From NCBI GenBank assembly GCA_910579755.1, contig CAJTVB010000011.1:11742-75741 (forward strand): 64,000 nt of DNA, read 5' to 3'. Origin of the DNA: an uncultured Acetatifactor sp. Its GTDB lineage: Bacteria > Bacillota > Clostridia > Lachnospirales > Lachnospiraceae. Under the pieces are notes generated by a model. It worked only from the letters and a program-made list of their open reading frames with translations. It was not told where the DNA came from and made no database searches. A program made the position numbers and the translations under genes. Below are positions 1-8,863 of this stretch, piece by piece. The first letter of the stretch is position 1. The number at the start of each line of letters is the position of its first letter.

Positions 1-57
1 ACAGAGAACCCTTCTCATAAGTGCAGAATCATCAACTACCAGAATTTTTTTTGCCAT
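1..57 (-). CDS. Partial CDS (first 19 codons only, gene continues beyond the window start): response-regulator receiver N-terminus, probably chemotaxis methylesterase CheB
   Basis: The reverse complement of 1-57 reads ATG GCA AAA AAA ATT CTG GTA GTT GATGAT TCT GCA... = MAKKILVVDDSALMRRVLC, a typical CheB/receiver start. It sits after flhG and the PilZ gene, where cheB lies in Bacillus-type fla/che operons. Only 19 aa are visible. Confidence 0.4.
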   Translation of the reverse strand, partial: MAKKILVVDDSALMRRVLC

Positions 58-58
58 A

Positions 59-793
59 TCATTGACCTCTCTTCTTTCTGCTTTTTCTCTCTTCTTCAAA
101 TATATACCGGACAAGATCCTCTTTGGTTTCCGTATCTGCATCAAAAAAAACAATCCGATGCCGGTACTCTCCCTTTGAATCTCCCACGGCCGGCGCTTCA
201 GCCACCCTGCCGATCATTTCGTACTTCCTTATCCCCTGTTCTCCCGGCAGATCATAGCAAAGGTACAAAAGACTCTCCGGTTCATAATATTGTGAAGAGC
301 TGAAGCACAGCTCATCCGAACTGACATCCACCACCATGCACCGCTCCATGGGACGCCCTCTGGTCAGCGCAAAAGGCAGCTTATCCTCCACGGCCTGCAC
401 TTCCTCCTGATCCAGACTGCGCACCAGGGTTTCCAGTGCGCAGTCAAACCGATAATACTCCCGGCGCTGGTATCTCCTCAGATTGCTGGTAAGCTCCATG
501 GTCATCATATACTCATTGTCTCTCCTGTAGCGGTCCGTGATCCTGGCAAAGCACTGATAAGAGACCTCTTTCCCGCAAAATACAAGGTCATATTCCCTGT
601 CCACGGAAAGCAGGACCGGCTGCCCGTTTTCCACGGGCATGGCCGCCTCAAAGGTATCCTCCGTCAAAACGGCATACACCCTGCTGATATAAATCCTTCC
701 CCTGTCTCCGGAAGCCTCCTCCGGCTCCGGTTCCGCCGGCCTCAGTTCTACCTTTGTGCCGGCAATGATCAATTTCGAAAGCACTTCCTCCAC
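59..793 (-). CDS. PilZ-domain protein (YcgR/MotI-like flagellar brake candidate)
   Basis: 244 aa. QRREYYR matches the PilZ RRxxxR motif and DVSSDE is the candidate second motif. It lies at the distal end of the flagellar operon right after flhG. Confidence 0.65.
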   Translation of the reverse strand: MEEVLSKLIIAGTKVELRPAEPEPEEASGDRGRIYISRVYAVLTEDTFEAAMPVENGQPVLLSVDREYDLVFCGKEVSYQCFARITDRYRRDNEYMMTMELTSNLRRYQRREYYRFDCALETLVRSLDQEEVQAVEDKLPFALTRGRPMERCMVVDVSSDELCFSSSQYYEPESLLYLCYDLPGEQGIRKYEMIGRVAEAPAVGDSKGEYRHRIVFFDADTETKEDLVRYIFEEERKSRKKRGQ

Positions 794-833
794 CCCAAAT
801 CTGTCTTTGACTCCAGGCTCCCCTGTAAAATTA

Positions 834-1706
834 CTATTTTCTCCCGGAAAGAATATGGGAGAAAAATGCCGCCATACCTCTTTTTGGCTGCCGCTCCTCC
901 TCCTCTTTATCCATAAGTCGGTCCGCTATCTTTTTATATGCCGCCGTGGACCGGGCACCGGGATTCTGGATGGAAACCGGCATCTGCTGCATAACGGCCC
1001 TGGAAAGCTGGGTATCCTCCGGAATGCTTCCCAGATATGTCATGGGAATCTTCAGGTAACGCTCCACCACGGCATTCAGCTTGCCAAACAGGATCTCCCC
1101 CTCTTCCTCTTTGGCTACCCGGTTTGCTATCATCTTCACCTTGGACGCTTCCTCGTCAAACCTGGGATGCCGGTACAGCGCCTTTAACAGGGAATAGGAA
1201 TCCGTTATGGATGTGGGCTCCGGCGTGGTCACCAGCAGAATTTCACCGCTGGCCACCAGAAACTCCAGCACCGCATCCGAGATTCCCGCTCCCGTATCCA
1301 CAATAATGATGTCTGCCATGGTATCCAAAAGCGCCAGATTCTGGATAATATAGCTTAAATAATCTCTGCTTAAGTTGGACATTCCCGCGATACCGCTGCC
1401 GCCCGATATGAATCCCACCTCCATGGGACCCCATGTGATAATTTCCGTAATCTGCTTCCCCTGATAGATCAGATCGCAAAGATTATGCTTCGGAACGGCT
1501 CCGAACATAATCTCAATATTTGCAAGACCGAAATCGGCATCCAGAATGATGACCTTTTTCCCCATTTTTCGAAACTGTATTGCAAGATTGATGGAGGTAT
1601 TTGATTTTCCCACACCGCCTTTACCGCTTGTGACCGTAATCACACGCGCCAGCGGACGGGACTGTCTGTTCGCTTTTATAATTCGTAACTGTTCTGCCTG
1701 ATCCAC
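834..1706 (-). CDS. flhG: MinD/ParA-type ATPase FlhG (YlxH), flagellar number regulator
   Basis: Deviant Walker A VTSGKGGVGKSN. 290 aa, immediately downstream of flhF. Confidence 0.9.
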   Translation of the reverse strand: MDQAEQLRIIKANRQSRPLARVITVTSGKGGVGKSNTSINLAIQFRKMGKKVIILDADFGLANIEIMFGAVPKHNLCDLIYQGKQITEIITWGPMEVGFISGGSGIAGMSNLSRDYLSYIIQNLALLDTMADIIIVDTGAGISDAVLEFLVASGEILLVTTPEPTSITDSYSLLKALYRHPRFDEEASKVKMIANRVAKEEEGEILFGKLNAVVERYLKIPMTYLGSIPEDTQLSRAVMQQMPVSIQNPGARSTAAYKKIADRLMDKEEEERQPKRGMAAFFSHILSGRK

Positions 1707-1721
1707 CTTGTCCCTCCTCCC

Positions 1722-2963
1722 TTAGTGCCTCATACTCAATAATTGCTTCACCGTCTTCTGGGGATTAAATTGTTCAATATCCTCGGGCACATTCTGTCCG
1801 CAGGTTACATAGGCAATCTCCGCATCCGTATAAAGCTTCAGGTTGAGCAGATTCCCCAGCGTAGATGTCTCATCCAGCTTGGTAAATATCATTTGGTAAT
1901 CCGAAACCTCCTCATAATTGGAAGCGATCTTCAACAGATCCCTGTACTTGGTTGTGGCCGAAAGTACCAGAAATGTCTGATATTCTCCCGCCCGCTTCAA
2001 GGTATCCATCAGCTCCCTCATATTGTTCAGCTGCTCTTCATTCTGATGAGAATGTCCTGCTGTGTCTACAAAAATATAGTCATAGTCATTAAAATCCGCC
2101 ACTGCCGCTGCGGCTTCCTCTTTTGTATACACCACCCGGAAGGGCACTTCCAAAATATTGGCATAGGTTCTCAGCTGCTCCGCCGCAGCGATACGGTAGG
2201 TATCCGCTGTCAGAAGCGCCAGACGTTTTTTTTCATCCATAACAAAATGGCTGGCAATCTTGGCAATGGTTGTGGTTTTTCCCACTCCGGTAGGCCCCAT
2301 AAAAAGAACCAGCCTGGGACCGCTTTCGGCCTCTTTGATCCCCTCTGCCTTACCGAATTTAAGAATCAGCTTCTGATATACATTGGACAATATATAGTCA
2401 AACGGAATATTGCCGTTCTTCCCCTTTTCCAGCTCATCAATGATCTGGTTGGCGTACTTTTCGTCCACCTCGTTTTCCAACATAGTGTTGTACAGGAGCT
2501 TTACAAATCTTTCCTGTTCGGATATTTCCTGCTTTTCCTCATCCGCGTCCTCCTGAGGTTCGGCGGCCGGCTGGGTATTTCTCGCCGCTTCCTCCTGCTG
2601 AAACCGGCTGAGTAAAAGAGTCTGAAGGCTGTCCAGTTTTTTTTCGATGCTTTGAGAATTCTCCTGCTGAGTCCCCCAGGCGCCTCCCGATGTCGGGACG
2701 GCGGCTCTGTCTCCCCTGGCACGGCTGTCTTTTTCCCCGGAGTCCGCAGCTCCTCCCCGGGTCTGCTCCCGGCGGATGGGCCTGGGCTCCTCATGCTCCT
2801 CCAGTGCGGCCGTTATCTCCACCTGCTTGGGAAGAAACAGCGCTGCGATCCCCTTCCGTTTTACATCCTTAACGTTCATGACCACAACGCCGCTGCCCAT
2901 ATCCTTTCTGGCAGCCTCTACCGCTTCCTCCTTGGTCTTCCCGGTAAACTTTTTGATTATCAT
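1722..2963 (-). CDS. flhF: SRP-type GTPase FlhF, flagellar biosynthesis regulator
   Basis: GPTGVGKTTT (G1), VDTAGHS (G3) and TKLDET (G4). The basic/acidic low-complexity N-terminal region is typical of the FlhF B-domain. Confidence 0.9.
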   Translation of the reverse strand: MIIKKFTGKTKEEAVEAARKDMGSGVVVMNVKDVKRKGIAALFLPKQVEITAALEEHEEPRPIRREQTRGGAADSGEKDSRARGDRAAVPTSGGAWGTQQENSQSIEKKLDSLQTLLLSRFQQEEAARNTQPAAEPQEDADEEKQEISEQERFVKLLYNTMLENEVDEKYANQIIDELEKGKNGNIPFDYILSNVYQKLILKFGKAEGIKEAESGPRLVLFMGPTGVGKTTTIAKIASHFVMDEKKRLALLTADTYRIAAAEQLRTYANILEVPFRVVYTKEEAAAAVADFNDYDYIFVDTAGHSHQNEEQLNNMRELMDTLKRAGEYQTFLVLSATTKYRDLLKIASNYEEVSDYQMIFTKLDETSTLGNLLNLKLYTDAEIAYVTCGQNVPEDIEQFNPQKTVKQLLSMRH

Positions 2964-5008
2964 TACGCTGTCACCATCCCAACTGACTGTAATTCAACAT
3001 TTGGCTCCACTTCATTGTATGACACTACCACAAGCTCCCTGTAATAGTCCTCAGTCAGCCGCCTGAAATACATGCGCACGATAGGAGATGTGATGATAAT
3101 AGGACTCTTTCCCAGATTTTCCAGCTTCTGTATTTCCTTCCCCACGGCGTCGATAATAGCTCTGGACCGGTTGGGATCCAGATTCAGGAAGGCGCCGCTC
3201 TCCGTCTGTTTCACGCTGCCCATGATCTCCTGCTCCACCTTGGGATCCAGCGTCACCACATTTGTGGTCTCATGGGAAGGAAAATATTTCGTGGATATAG
3301 CCCGTTTCAGGCTTTGGCGGACATACTCCGTGAGAATGTCTGTGTCCCTGGTGGTAGGCGAATAATCTGCCAGAGTCTCCATAATGGTCAGCAGATCCCG
3401 GATGGATATACCCTCCTGAAGAAGATTCTGCAAAACCTTCTGAAGCTCTCCCAGTCCCAAAAGCTTCGGAACCAGCTCCTCCACCAGAGAAGGATTTGTC
3501 TCCTTCATATTGTTCACCAGATTCTGCACATCCTGACGGGTCAGAAGCTCCGCAATATGCTGCCTGATAATCTCCGTCAGGTGAGTGGCAATGATAGACG
3601 GGGGATCCACCACCGTATATCCCATGCTCTCCGCCCTCTCACGCTGGCTCTCCGTAATCCAGATGGCCGGCAGATGGAAGGAGGGCTCAAAGGTAGGAAT
3701 TCCGGTGATCTCCTCCTCCACATACCCGGGATTCATAGCCATATAATGATCGAAAAGGATCTCTCCCTCGCTGACCTGTATTCCTTTGATCTTTATAATA
3801 TATTGATTGGGATTCAGCTGAATGTTGTCCCGCAGACGGATGATAGGCACCACTGTTCCCAACTCCAGCGCAATCTGTCTTCGGATCATTACCACCCGGT
3901 CCAGCAGGTCGCCGCCCTGATTCATATCCGCCAGAGGGATAATACCATAGCCGAACTCCAACTCTATAGGATCCACCTGCAACAGACTGTTTACATTTTC
4001 AGGCTGTCGGATCTCCTCGGCCGCCGCTTCGTCCGCATCTATTTCACTTTCAATCTGGGCTGTTTCCAGATTGCCGGCGATCAGTCTTCCCCCGATGACA
4101 AACAGCATTCCCATTCCCACGAAAAGAATGGTATTCAGATCTGTAACCACACCCAGAAAAGCAAGTGTCCCTCCTACCAGATACATAACCTTCGGCACGC
4201 CAAAGAGCTGTTTCATGATAGCAGGGCCGAACTCCGCTTCCTTGCTTCCCTTTGTCACCAGAATACCGGTGGAAAGAGAAATCAGAAGGGAAGGAACCTG
4301 GCTCACCAGTCCGTCACCGATGGTGAGAATTCCATAATTATCCACGGCGGATGCCAGATCCATACCGTCTCGCAGCATGCCCATGGCCATACCGCCCACC
4401 ACGTTCAGCACCGTCAGAAGCAGACCTGCCACCGCATCTCCCTTTACATACTTCACGGCACCGTCCATGGATCCGAAAAAGCTGGATTCCTGCTGGATCT
4501 TATCACGCCGCAGCTTTGCTTCCTTGTCATCGATGGCGCCGGTATTCAGATCCGCATCGATAGCCATCTGCTTACCGGGCATAGCGTCCAGGGTAAACCT
4601 TGCAGTCACCTCGGCCACACGCTCCGAACCTTTGTTGATTACCAGAAACTGAACCATGATCAGGATGATAAAAATAATACCACCTATAATCAGATCGCCG
4701 CCGCCCACGAACTGTCCGAAGGTCTTAACCACATTACCGGAGGTACCGGTACTCAGAATGCATCTGGTGGAGGAAACGTTCATGGCGATTCGGAAAATCG
4801 TGGTGAACAGCAAAATGGTCGGGAAGTAGGAAACATCCAGCACTTCCTTGGAAAACATGCAGACAAACAATATGGTAAAAGCAATGGCGATGTTAAATGC
4901 CATAAACACATCCAGCACTGCCGCCGGAAGAGGAACAATGAACATGATAAACGCCACAAGCATATAGATTGCTACAATAATATCTGTTCTGGCCAATTTC
5001 GCACTCAC
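2963..5008 (-). CDS. flhA: Flagellar type III export gate protein FlhA
   Basis: 681 aa with an N-terminal polytopic membrane domain plus a large cytoplasmic domain. Typical FlhA/FHIPEP sequence. Position between flhB and flhF. Confidence 0.95.
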   Translation of the reverse strand: MSAKLARTDIIVAIYMLVAFIMFIVPLPAAVLDVFMAFNIAIAFTILFVCMFSKEVLDVSYFPTILLFTTIFRIAMNVSSTRCILSTGTSGNVVKTFGQFVGGGDLIIGGIIFIILIMVQFLVINKGSERVAEVTARFTLDAMPGKQMAIDADLNTGAIDDKEAKLRRDKIQQESSFFGSMDGAVKYVKGDAVAGLLLTVLNVVGGMAMGMLRDGMDLASAVDNYGILTIGDGLVSQVPSLLISLSTGILVTKGSKEAEFGPAIMKQLFGVPKVMYLVGGTLAFLGVVTDLNTILFVGMGMLFVIGGRLIAGNLETAQIESEIDADEAAAEEIRQPENVNSLLQVDPIELEFGYGIIPLADMNQGGDLLDRVVMIRRQIALELGTVVPIIRLRDNIQLNPNQYIIKIKGIQVSEGEILFDHYMAMNPGYVEEEITGIPTFEPSFHLPAIWITESQRERAESMGYTVVDPPSIIATHLTEIIRQHIAELLTRQDVQNLVNNMKETNPSLVEELVPKLLGLGELQKVLQNLLQEGISIRDLLTIMETLADYSPTTRDTDILTEYVRQSLKRAISTKYFPSHETTNVVTLDPKVEQEIMGSVKQTESGAFLNLDPNRSRAIIDAVGKEIQKLENLGKSPIIITSPIVRMYFRRLTEDYYRELVVVSYNEVEPNVELQSVGMVTA

Positions 5009-5069
5009 TTGCCCTGCTCCCCCTTTTCTATCTTATACATTAAAACTCCTGTTCTCCCCTTCAAAAAAA

Positions 5070-6182
5070 TCACACTTTTCCCTGCAGATGGTACACAAAC
5101 GCCAGCACCTCCGCAACCGCCTGATACAGCTCCGGCGGAATGGCCTGCCCCACATCCACATTGGCATACAACATTCGGGCCAGGGGTTTATTTTCCACAA
5201 TCTCTATCTTATTTTCCTTTGCGATCTCCTTGATACGCCGGGCCAGATGGTCCTCTCCCTTGGCCAGCACAATGGGCGCATCCGCCACGTCCGGGTCGTA
5301 CTTGACGGCCACGGCATAATGGGTAGGATTGGTGATAACCACATCCGCCTTGGGCAGATCCTGCATCATGCGGCGCATGGACGCCTCGCGCATTTTTTGT
5401 CTGATCTTACCCTTGACCTGAGGGTCTCCTTCCTGCTGCTTATACTCTTCCTTGATCTCCTGCTTACTCATCTTCATGTCATTTTTGAATTTCACCTTCT
5501 GATAGATGAAATCCGCCGCGGCAATAAGCATATAAATAATGGAGATCCTGATTCCCAGATCCGTCACCACAGTGGCTGCCAGCTCCAGTGCCTGCATCAG
5601 AGTCAAATCATATAGATTCAGCAACAGTATCCACTTATCCTTCAGGTAACCATAGCAGATATACAAAATCAATCCGATTTTTGCAATTGACTTGATCAGC
5701 TCTACCAGGGAATTCACCGAAAAAAGTTTTTTAACTCCCTTCAGAGGATTCAGCTTACTGAACTTGGGATGCAGAGGCTTGAAAGTTGGATGCCACTTCA
5801 CCTGGGCGATATCACAGATAAATGCCACCGCAACCCCCACCAGCAGAATGGGCGCTATGATAATCATCACATCCTGCAGCATGGTCTGAAAAACAATTTT
5901 AATATCCTTCTCGGGCATATAGCCCTGCCAGAAGGTAGTGGTATCGGGAATCCGATTGTAAATTCCGGGAAAAACCTCCATCAGCTGAATGCCCATGCGG
6001 CCTACCCAGAACTTCAGTACCAGAAACAGGGACAACAGCCCCATACAGTTTGCGATCTCACGGCTTTTCGCCACCTGCCCTTCCTTGCGGGCATCCGTCA
6101 GCTTTTTCTGAGTGGCCGGCTCCGTTCTCTCGCCGCCCATACCCTCCTTGGCAAAAAACTGCAGATTATATCTTAAGATCAT
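5070..6182 (-). CDS. flhB: Flagellar export switch protein FlhB
   Basis: 370 aa. N-terminus EKTEPAT-like (GERTEPATQKKLTDARKEGQVAKS) and the NPTH autocleavage motif (VITNPTHYAVAV). Confidence 0.95.
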   Translation of the reverse strand: MILRYNLQFFAKEGMGGERTEPATQKKLTDARKEGQVAKSREIANCMGLLSLFLVLKFWVGRMGIQLMEVFPGIYNRIPDTTTFWQGYMPEKDIKIVFQTMLQDVMIIIAPILLVGVAVAFICDIAQVKWHPTFKPLHPKFSKLNPLKGVKKLFSVNSLVELIKSIAKIGLILYICYGYLKDKWILLLNLYDLTLMQALELAATVVTDLGIRISIIYMLIAAADFIYQKVKFKNDMKMSKQEIKEEYKQQEGDPQVKGKIRQKMREASMRRMMQDLPKADVVITNPTHYAVAVKYDPDVADAPIVLAKGEDHLARRIKEIAKENKIEIVENKPLARMLYANVDVGQAIPPELYQAVAEVLAFVYHLQGKV

Positions 6183-6961
6183 ATCATATCACCCACAAAG
6201 GAAACGATCATTCTCTTCATCTCCTGAAAGATAAAATCCGCCGCTCCCGGCAGCATTCCCGCCGTAAAGAACAACACGGAAAGTCCTACCAATATCTTCA
6301 TTTGAATACCCACCGCAAACATGTTCATCTGAGGGGAAACCTTTGCCAGCACACCCAGAACCGCATTCAGCAGCAGAATCGTACAAAACACCGGCAGAAC
6401 AATGCGGAAACCGATCACCACATAATCCCCCAGGAATTCAAGCATAGAGCTCAGAAGCGCATCCGAACGGAACACAGCCCTGTTCACCGGTATCAGCGAA
6501 AAGGTATCTGCCAGCGCCCCGAACAGGTATCGATACATCCCTGTAACGATCATCATCAGCATCAGACTGTACTGATACATTACCCCGGTAATACTTGTGT
6601 TCTCCCGGGAGGTGGGATCCATCAGCGTCACCATGGACAAGCCTACTTCCATATCTGCGATGGAGCCTGCAAAATTCACGATGGAAGTACATATGGATGC
6701 TGCAAGTCCTATCAGCAGCCCCACAACAGCCTCCTTCATGACAATAATAACATATTCAAGAACCGAAGAATAGACCACCGCTTCCGCCGGCGTCAAAACC
6801 TGATACAAAAGCACAGAAGTAAAAAAACTGATGCCGATCCGGACATTTGCCGGCGTATTTTTCATACTGAAGAATGGCGCTGTAAACACAAAGCATGACA
6901 CCCGGGTAAATATTAAAAGGAAAAATTCCAGGTCATACATGGAAAATGAATAATTAATCAT
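6179..6961 (-). CDS. fliR: Flagellar export apparatus protein FliR
   Basis: 260-aa polytopic membrane protein between fliQ and flhB. Its end overlaps the flhB start by 4 nt. Confidence 0.85.
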   Translation of the reverse strand: MINYSFSMYDLEFFLLIFTRVSCFVFTAPFFSMKNTPANVRIGISFFTSVLLYQVLTPAEAVVYSSVLEYVIIVMKEAVVGLLIGLAASICTSIVNFAGSIADMEVGLSMVTLMDPTSRENTSITGVMYQYSLMLMMIVTGMYRYLFGALADTFSLIPVNRAVFRSDALLSSMLEFLGDYVVIGFRIVLPVFCTILLLNAVLGVLAKVSPQMNMFAVGIQMKILVGLSVLFFTAGMLPGAADFIFQEMKRMIVSFVGDMI

Positions 6962-6973
6962 AAACGTCCCCGG

Positions 6974-7246
6974 CTATCCGCGCGTATACAGGCTGAAGGT
7001 AGACCATAACTGAGTCACAAATTCCACCATGCCGGTGATCATCCACTGTCCAAACAGGATCAGCGACAAAAAAATAGCAATAATTTTGGGCACAAATGTC
7101 AGCGTCTGCTCCTGTATGGAGGTTACCGTCTGAAAAATGCTGACAGACAAACCCACAATCAAAGACACCAGCAAAAGCGGCATAGCAGTTTTGATAATCA
7201 GGAAAAGAGCATCCCGCATAATATCCGCCACAGCATCGACTGTCAT
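6974..7246 (-). CDS. fliQ: Flagellar export apparatus protein FliQ
   Basis: 90-aa, two-TM protein in the fliP-fliQ-fliR order. Confidence 0.9.
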   Translation of the reverse strand: MTVDAVADIMRDALFLIIKTAMPLLLVSLIVGLSVSIFQTVTSIQEQTLTFVPKIIAIFLSLILFGQWMITGMVEFVTQLWSTFSLYTRG

Positions 7247-7267
7247 TTCAAGCTTCCTTTCTTTCTG

Positions 7268-8110
7268 CTATCTTCCCATTGTTACCAAAAAAGTATCCAT
7301 CAGATTTCCGATCACCAGCGTCCAGCCGTCAGCAAGCACGAACAGCAAGATCTTAAAGGGCATGGAAATCGTCGTGGGCGGCAGCATCATCATACCCATG
7401 CTCATCAGCGTGGATGCCACTACCATATCAATTACAATAAAGGGAATGTAGATCATAAAGCCAATCCAAAATGCCAGACGCATTTCACTCAGCATAAAGC
7501 TTGGAAGCAGAACGGATAAAGGAATGGCATCCAGGTCGCTTCCGTCCCAGGTCTGCCCTGCTATATCCATAAACAGCTCCACATCCTTTACCTGCGTCTG
7601 GTCATACATAAAGTTGCGAAGGGGAGCCACTCCGGCTTCAAAGGCCTCCTCCTGGGTCAATTCTCCCGCCTCAAAGGGCTGAATCGCCTCCTCGTTGATC
7701 CTGGTTATGGTAGGCTCCATTATAAAAAAAGTCAGAATCAGTGCCATTCCAATCAAAACCTGATTGGGCGGGGCCGTCTGTGTATTCAGGGCCGCCCTGG
7801 TAAAATGAAGCACAATGATGATCCTGGTAAAGGATGTCATCATAATCAGAATGGTGGGAGCAAGGGAAAGCAGTGTCAGCGTGATAAAAATGCGAAGAGC
7901 CCCGTTCAGCTGTCCGTTTCCTCCGTCATCCAGAGTCAGAGTCAGGGAATTTCCCCCGCTGTCTTCTCCGGTCTGAGACTCCGCCGCAGACGGCCTCCCT
8001 GACTCCGCGGCTGAAACTCTTATGGAGCTTTGCATACACAATATGCCTACCGTAATCAGCAGGCATATCATCATTATTATTTGCTTTAGTCCTGACCTAA
8101 AATTACTCAT
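7268..8110 (-). CDS. fliP: Flagellar export apparatus protein FliP
   Basis: 280 aa with a signal-like N-terminus and a conserved FliP core (LTLLSLAPTILIMMTSFTRIIIVL, PNQVLIGMALILTFFIM). Confidence 0.9.
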   Translation of the reverse strand: MSNFRSGLKQIIMMICLLITVGILCMQSSIRVSAAESGRPSAAESQTGEDSGGNSLTLTLDDGGNGQLNGALRIFITLTLLSLAPTILIMMTSFTRIIIVLHFTRAALNTQTAPPNQVLIGMALILTFFIMEPTITRINEEAIQPFEAGELTQEEAFEAGVAPLRNFMYDQTQVKDVELFMDIAGQTWDGSDLDAIPLSVLLPSFMLSEMRLAFWIGFMIYIPFIVIDMVVASTLMSMGMMMLPPTTISMPFKILLFVLADGWTLVIGNLMDTFLVTMGR

Positions 8111-8492
8111 CTACCCGACTTCCTTTTGGTCCGCTCCGATCCTCGGCCTGTTTTTTTACAGTCTTGTCAAACAGCTCCCGGAAACGGAATCCCTGAGGCG
8201 GATCCCCTGTCTTCAATTGTTCCCCCGGAATTTCTCCCAGCATGGTAACCGTATCCTTACAGACAGCCACCACGAAATACTTTTCCCCTGTCCGGATAAT
8301 CTGGACAAACTTATTATTCGCAATGCGGGCCGTCTCAATCACCTGAATATTTTCATTTGTTCCTGCCTGTTTCTGGTAATTGGCGATCCACCTGGTAGTC
8401 AGCGCCGTAATACCCAGCACCAGCACAAACAGCAACAGCACCGTAATAAACTGTGCGTAGCTGTCCGTGCTTCCCGTCAAAAGAACACACAT
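8103..8492 (-). CDS. fliO: FliO/FliZ-type flagellar biosynthesis protein
   Basis: 129 aa with a single N-terminal TM helix. It sits between cheY and fliP as in B. subtilis (fliZ) and overlaps the fliP start. Confidence 0.6.
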   Translation of the reverse strand: MCVLLTGSTDSYAQFITVLLLFVLVLGITALTTRWIANYQKQAGTNENIQVIETARIANNKFVQIIRTGEKYFVVAVCKDTVTMLGEIPGEQLKTGDPPQGFRFRELFDKTVKKQAEDRSGPKGSRVDE

Positions 8493-8851
8493 TAACCCAC
8501 AACCTTCTTCACAGCCTCAAGCACGCGTTCCGGCGCAAAGGGTTTGACGATAAAATCCTTTGCGCCGGCCTGGATGGACTCGATCACCATCGCCTGCTGT
8601 CCCATGGCGGAACACATGATAACCTTTGCGCTTCCGTCAATCTTCCGGATCTCCTTCAGCGCCTGAATTCCATCCATCTCGGGCATGGTAATATCCATCA
8701 GCACAAGGTCGGGCTTAAGCTCTGTGTACTTTTCAACGGCCTTATGTCCATTTTCCGCTTCCCCGGCGACGGTATAGCCATTCTTGCCCAGAATGTCCTT
8801 GATCATCATCCTCATGAAAGCCGCATCATCACAAACCAAAATACCTGCCAT
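8492..8851 (-). CDS. cheY: Chemotaxis response regulator CheY
   Basis: 119-aa stand-alone receiver domain (VCDDAAFMR, LVLMDITMPEMDG, KDFIVKPF). Located between fliY and fliO as in the B. subtilis fla/che operon. Confidence 0.85.
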   Translation of the reverse strand: MAGILVCDDAAFMRMMIKDILGKNGYTVAGEAENGHKAVEKYTELKPDLVLMDITMPEMDGIQALKEIRKIDGSAKVIMCSAMGQQAMVIESIQAGAKDFIVKPFAPERVLEAVKKVVG

Positions 8852-8863
8852 TATCTCTTCCTC

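Noticed and set aside
3272-5233. A very long plus-strand ORF (653 aa) antisense to flhA. Similar long antisense ORFs occur at 54390-55724 (antisense pgk), 33493-34683 and 31330-32517 (antisense polC), 34850-36031 (antisense ispG), 44167-45309 (antisense lepA), 9146-10180 (antisense fliY) and 28668-29678 (antisense topA).
   Set aside because: - Each lies entirely opposite a gene with unmistakable conserved motifs.
- Their translations are H/R/Q/L/G-rich low-information sequence with no recognisable motif and no RBS.
- Stop-free antisense frames are an expected by-product of codon bias at ~50% GC.
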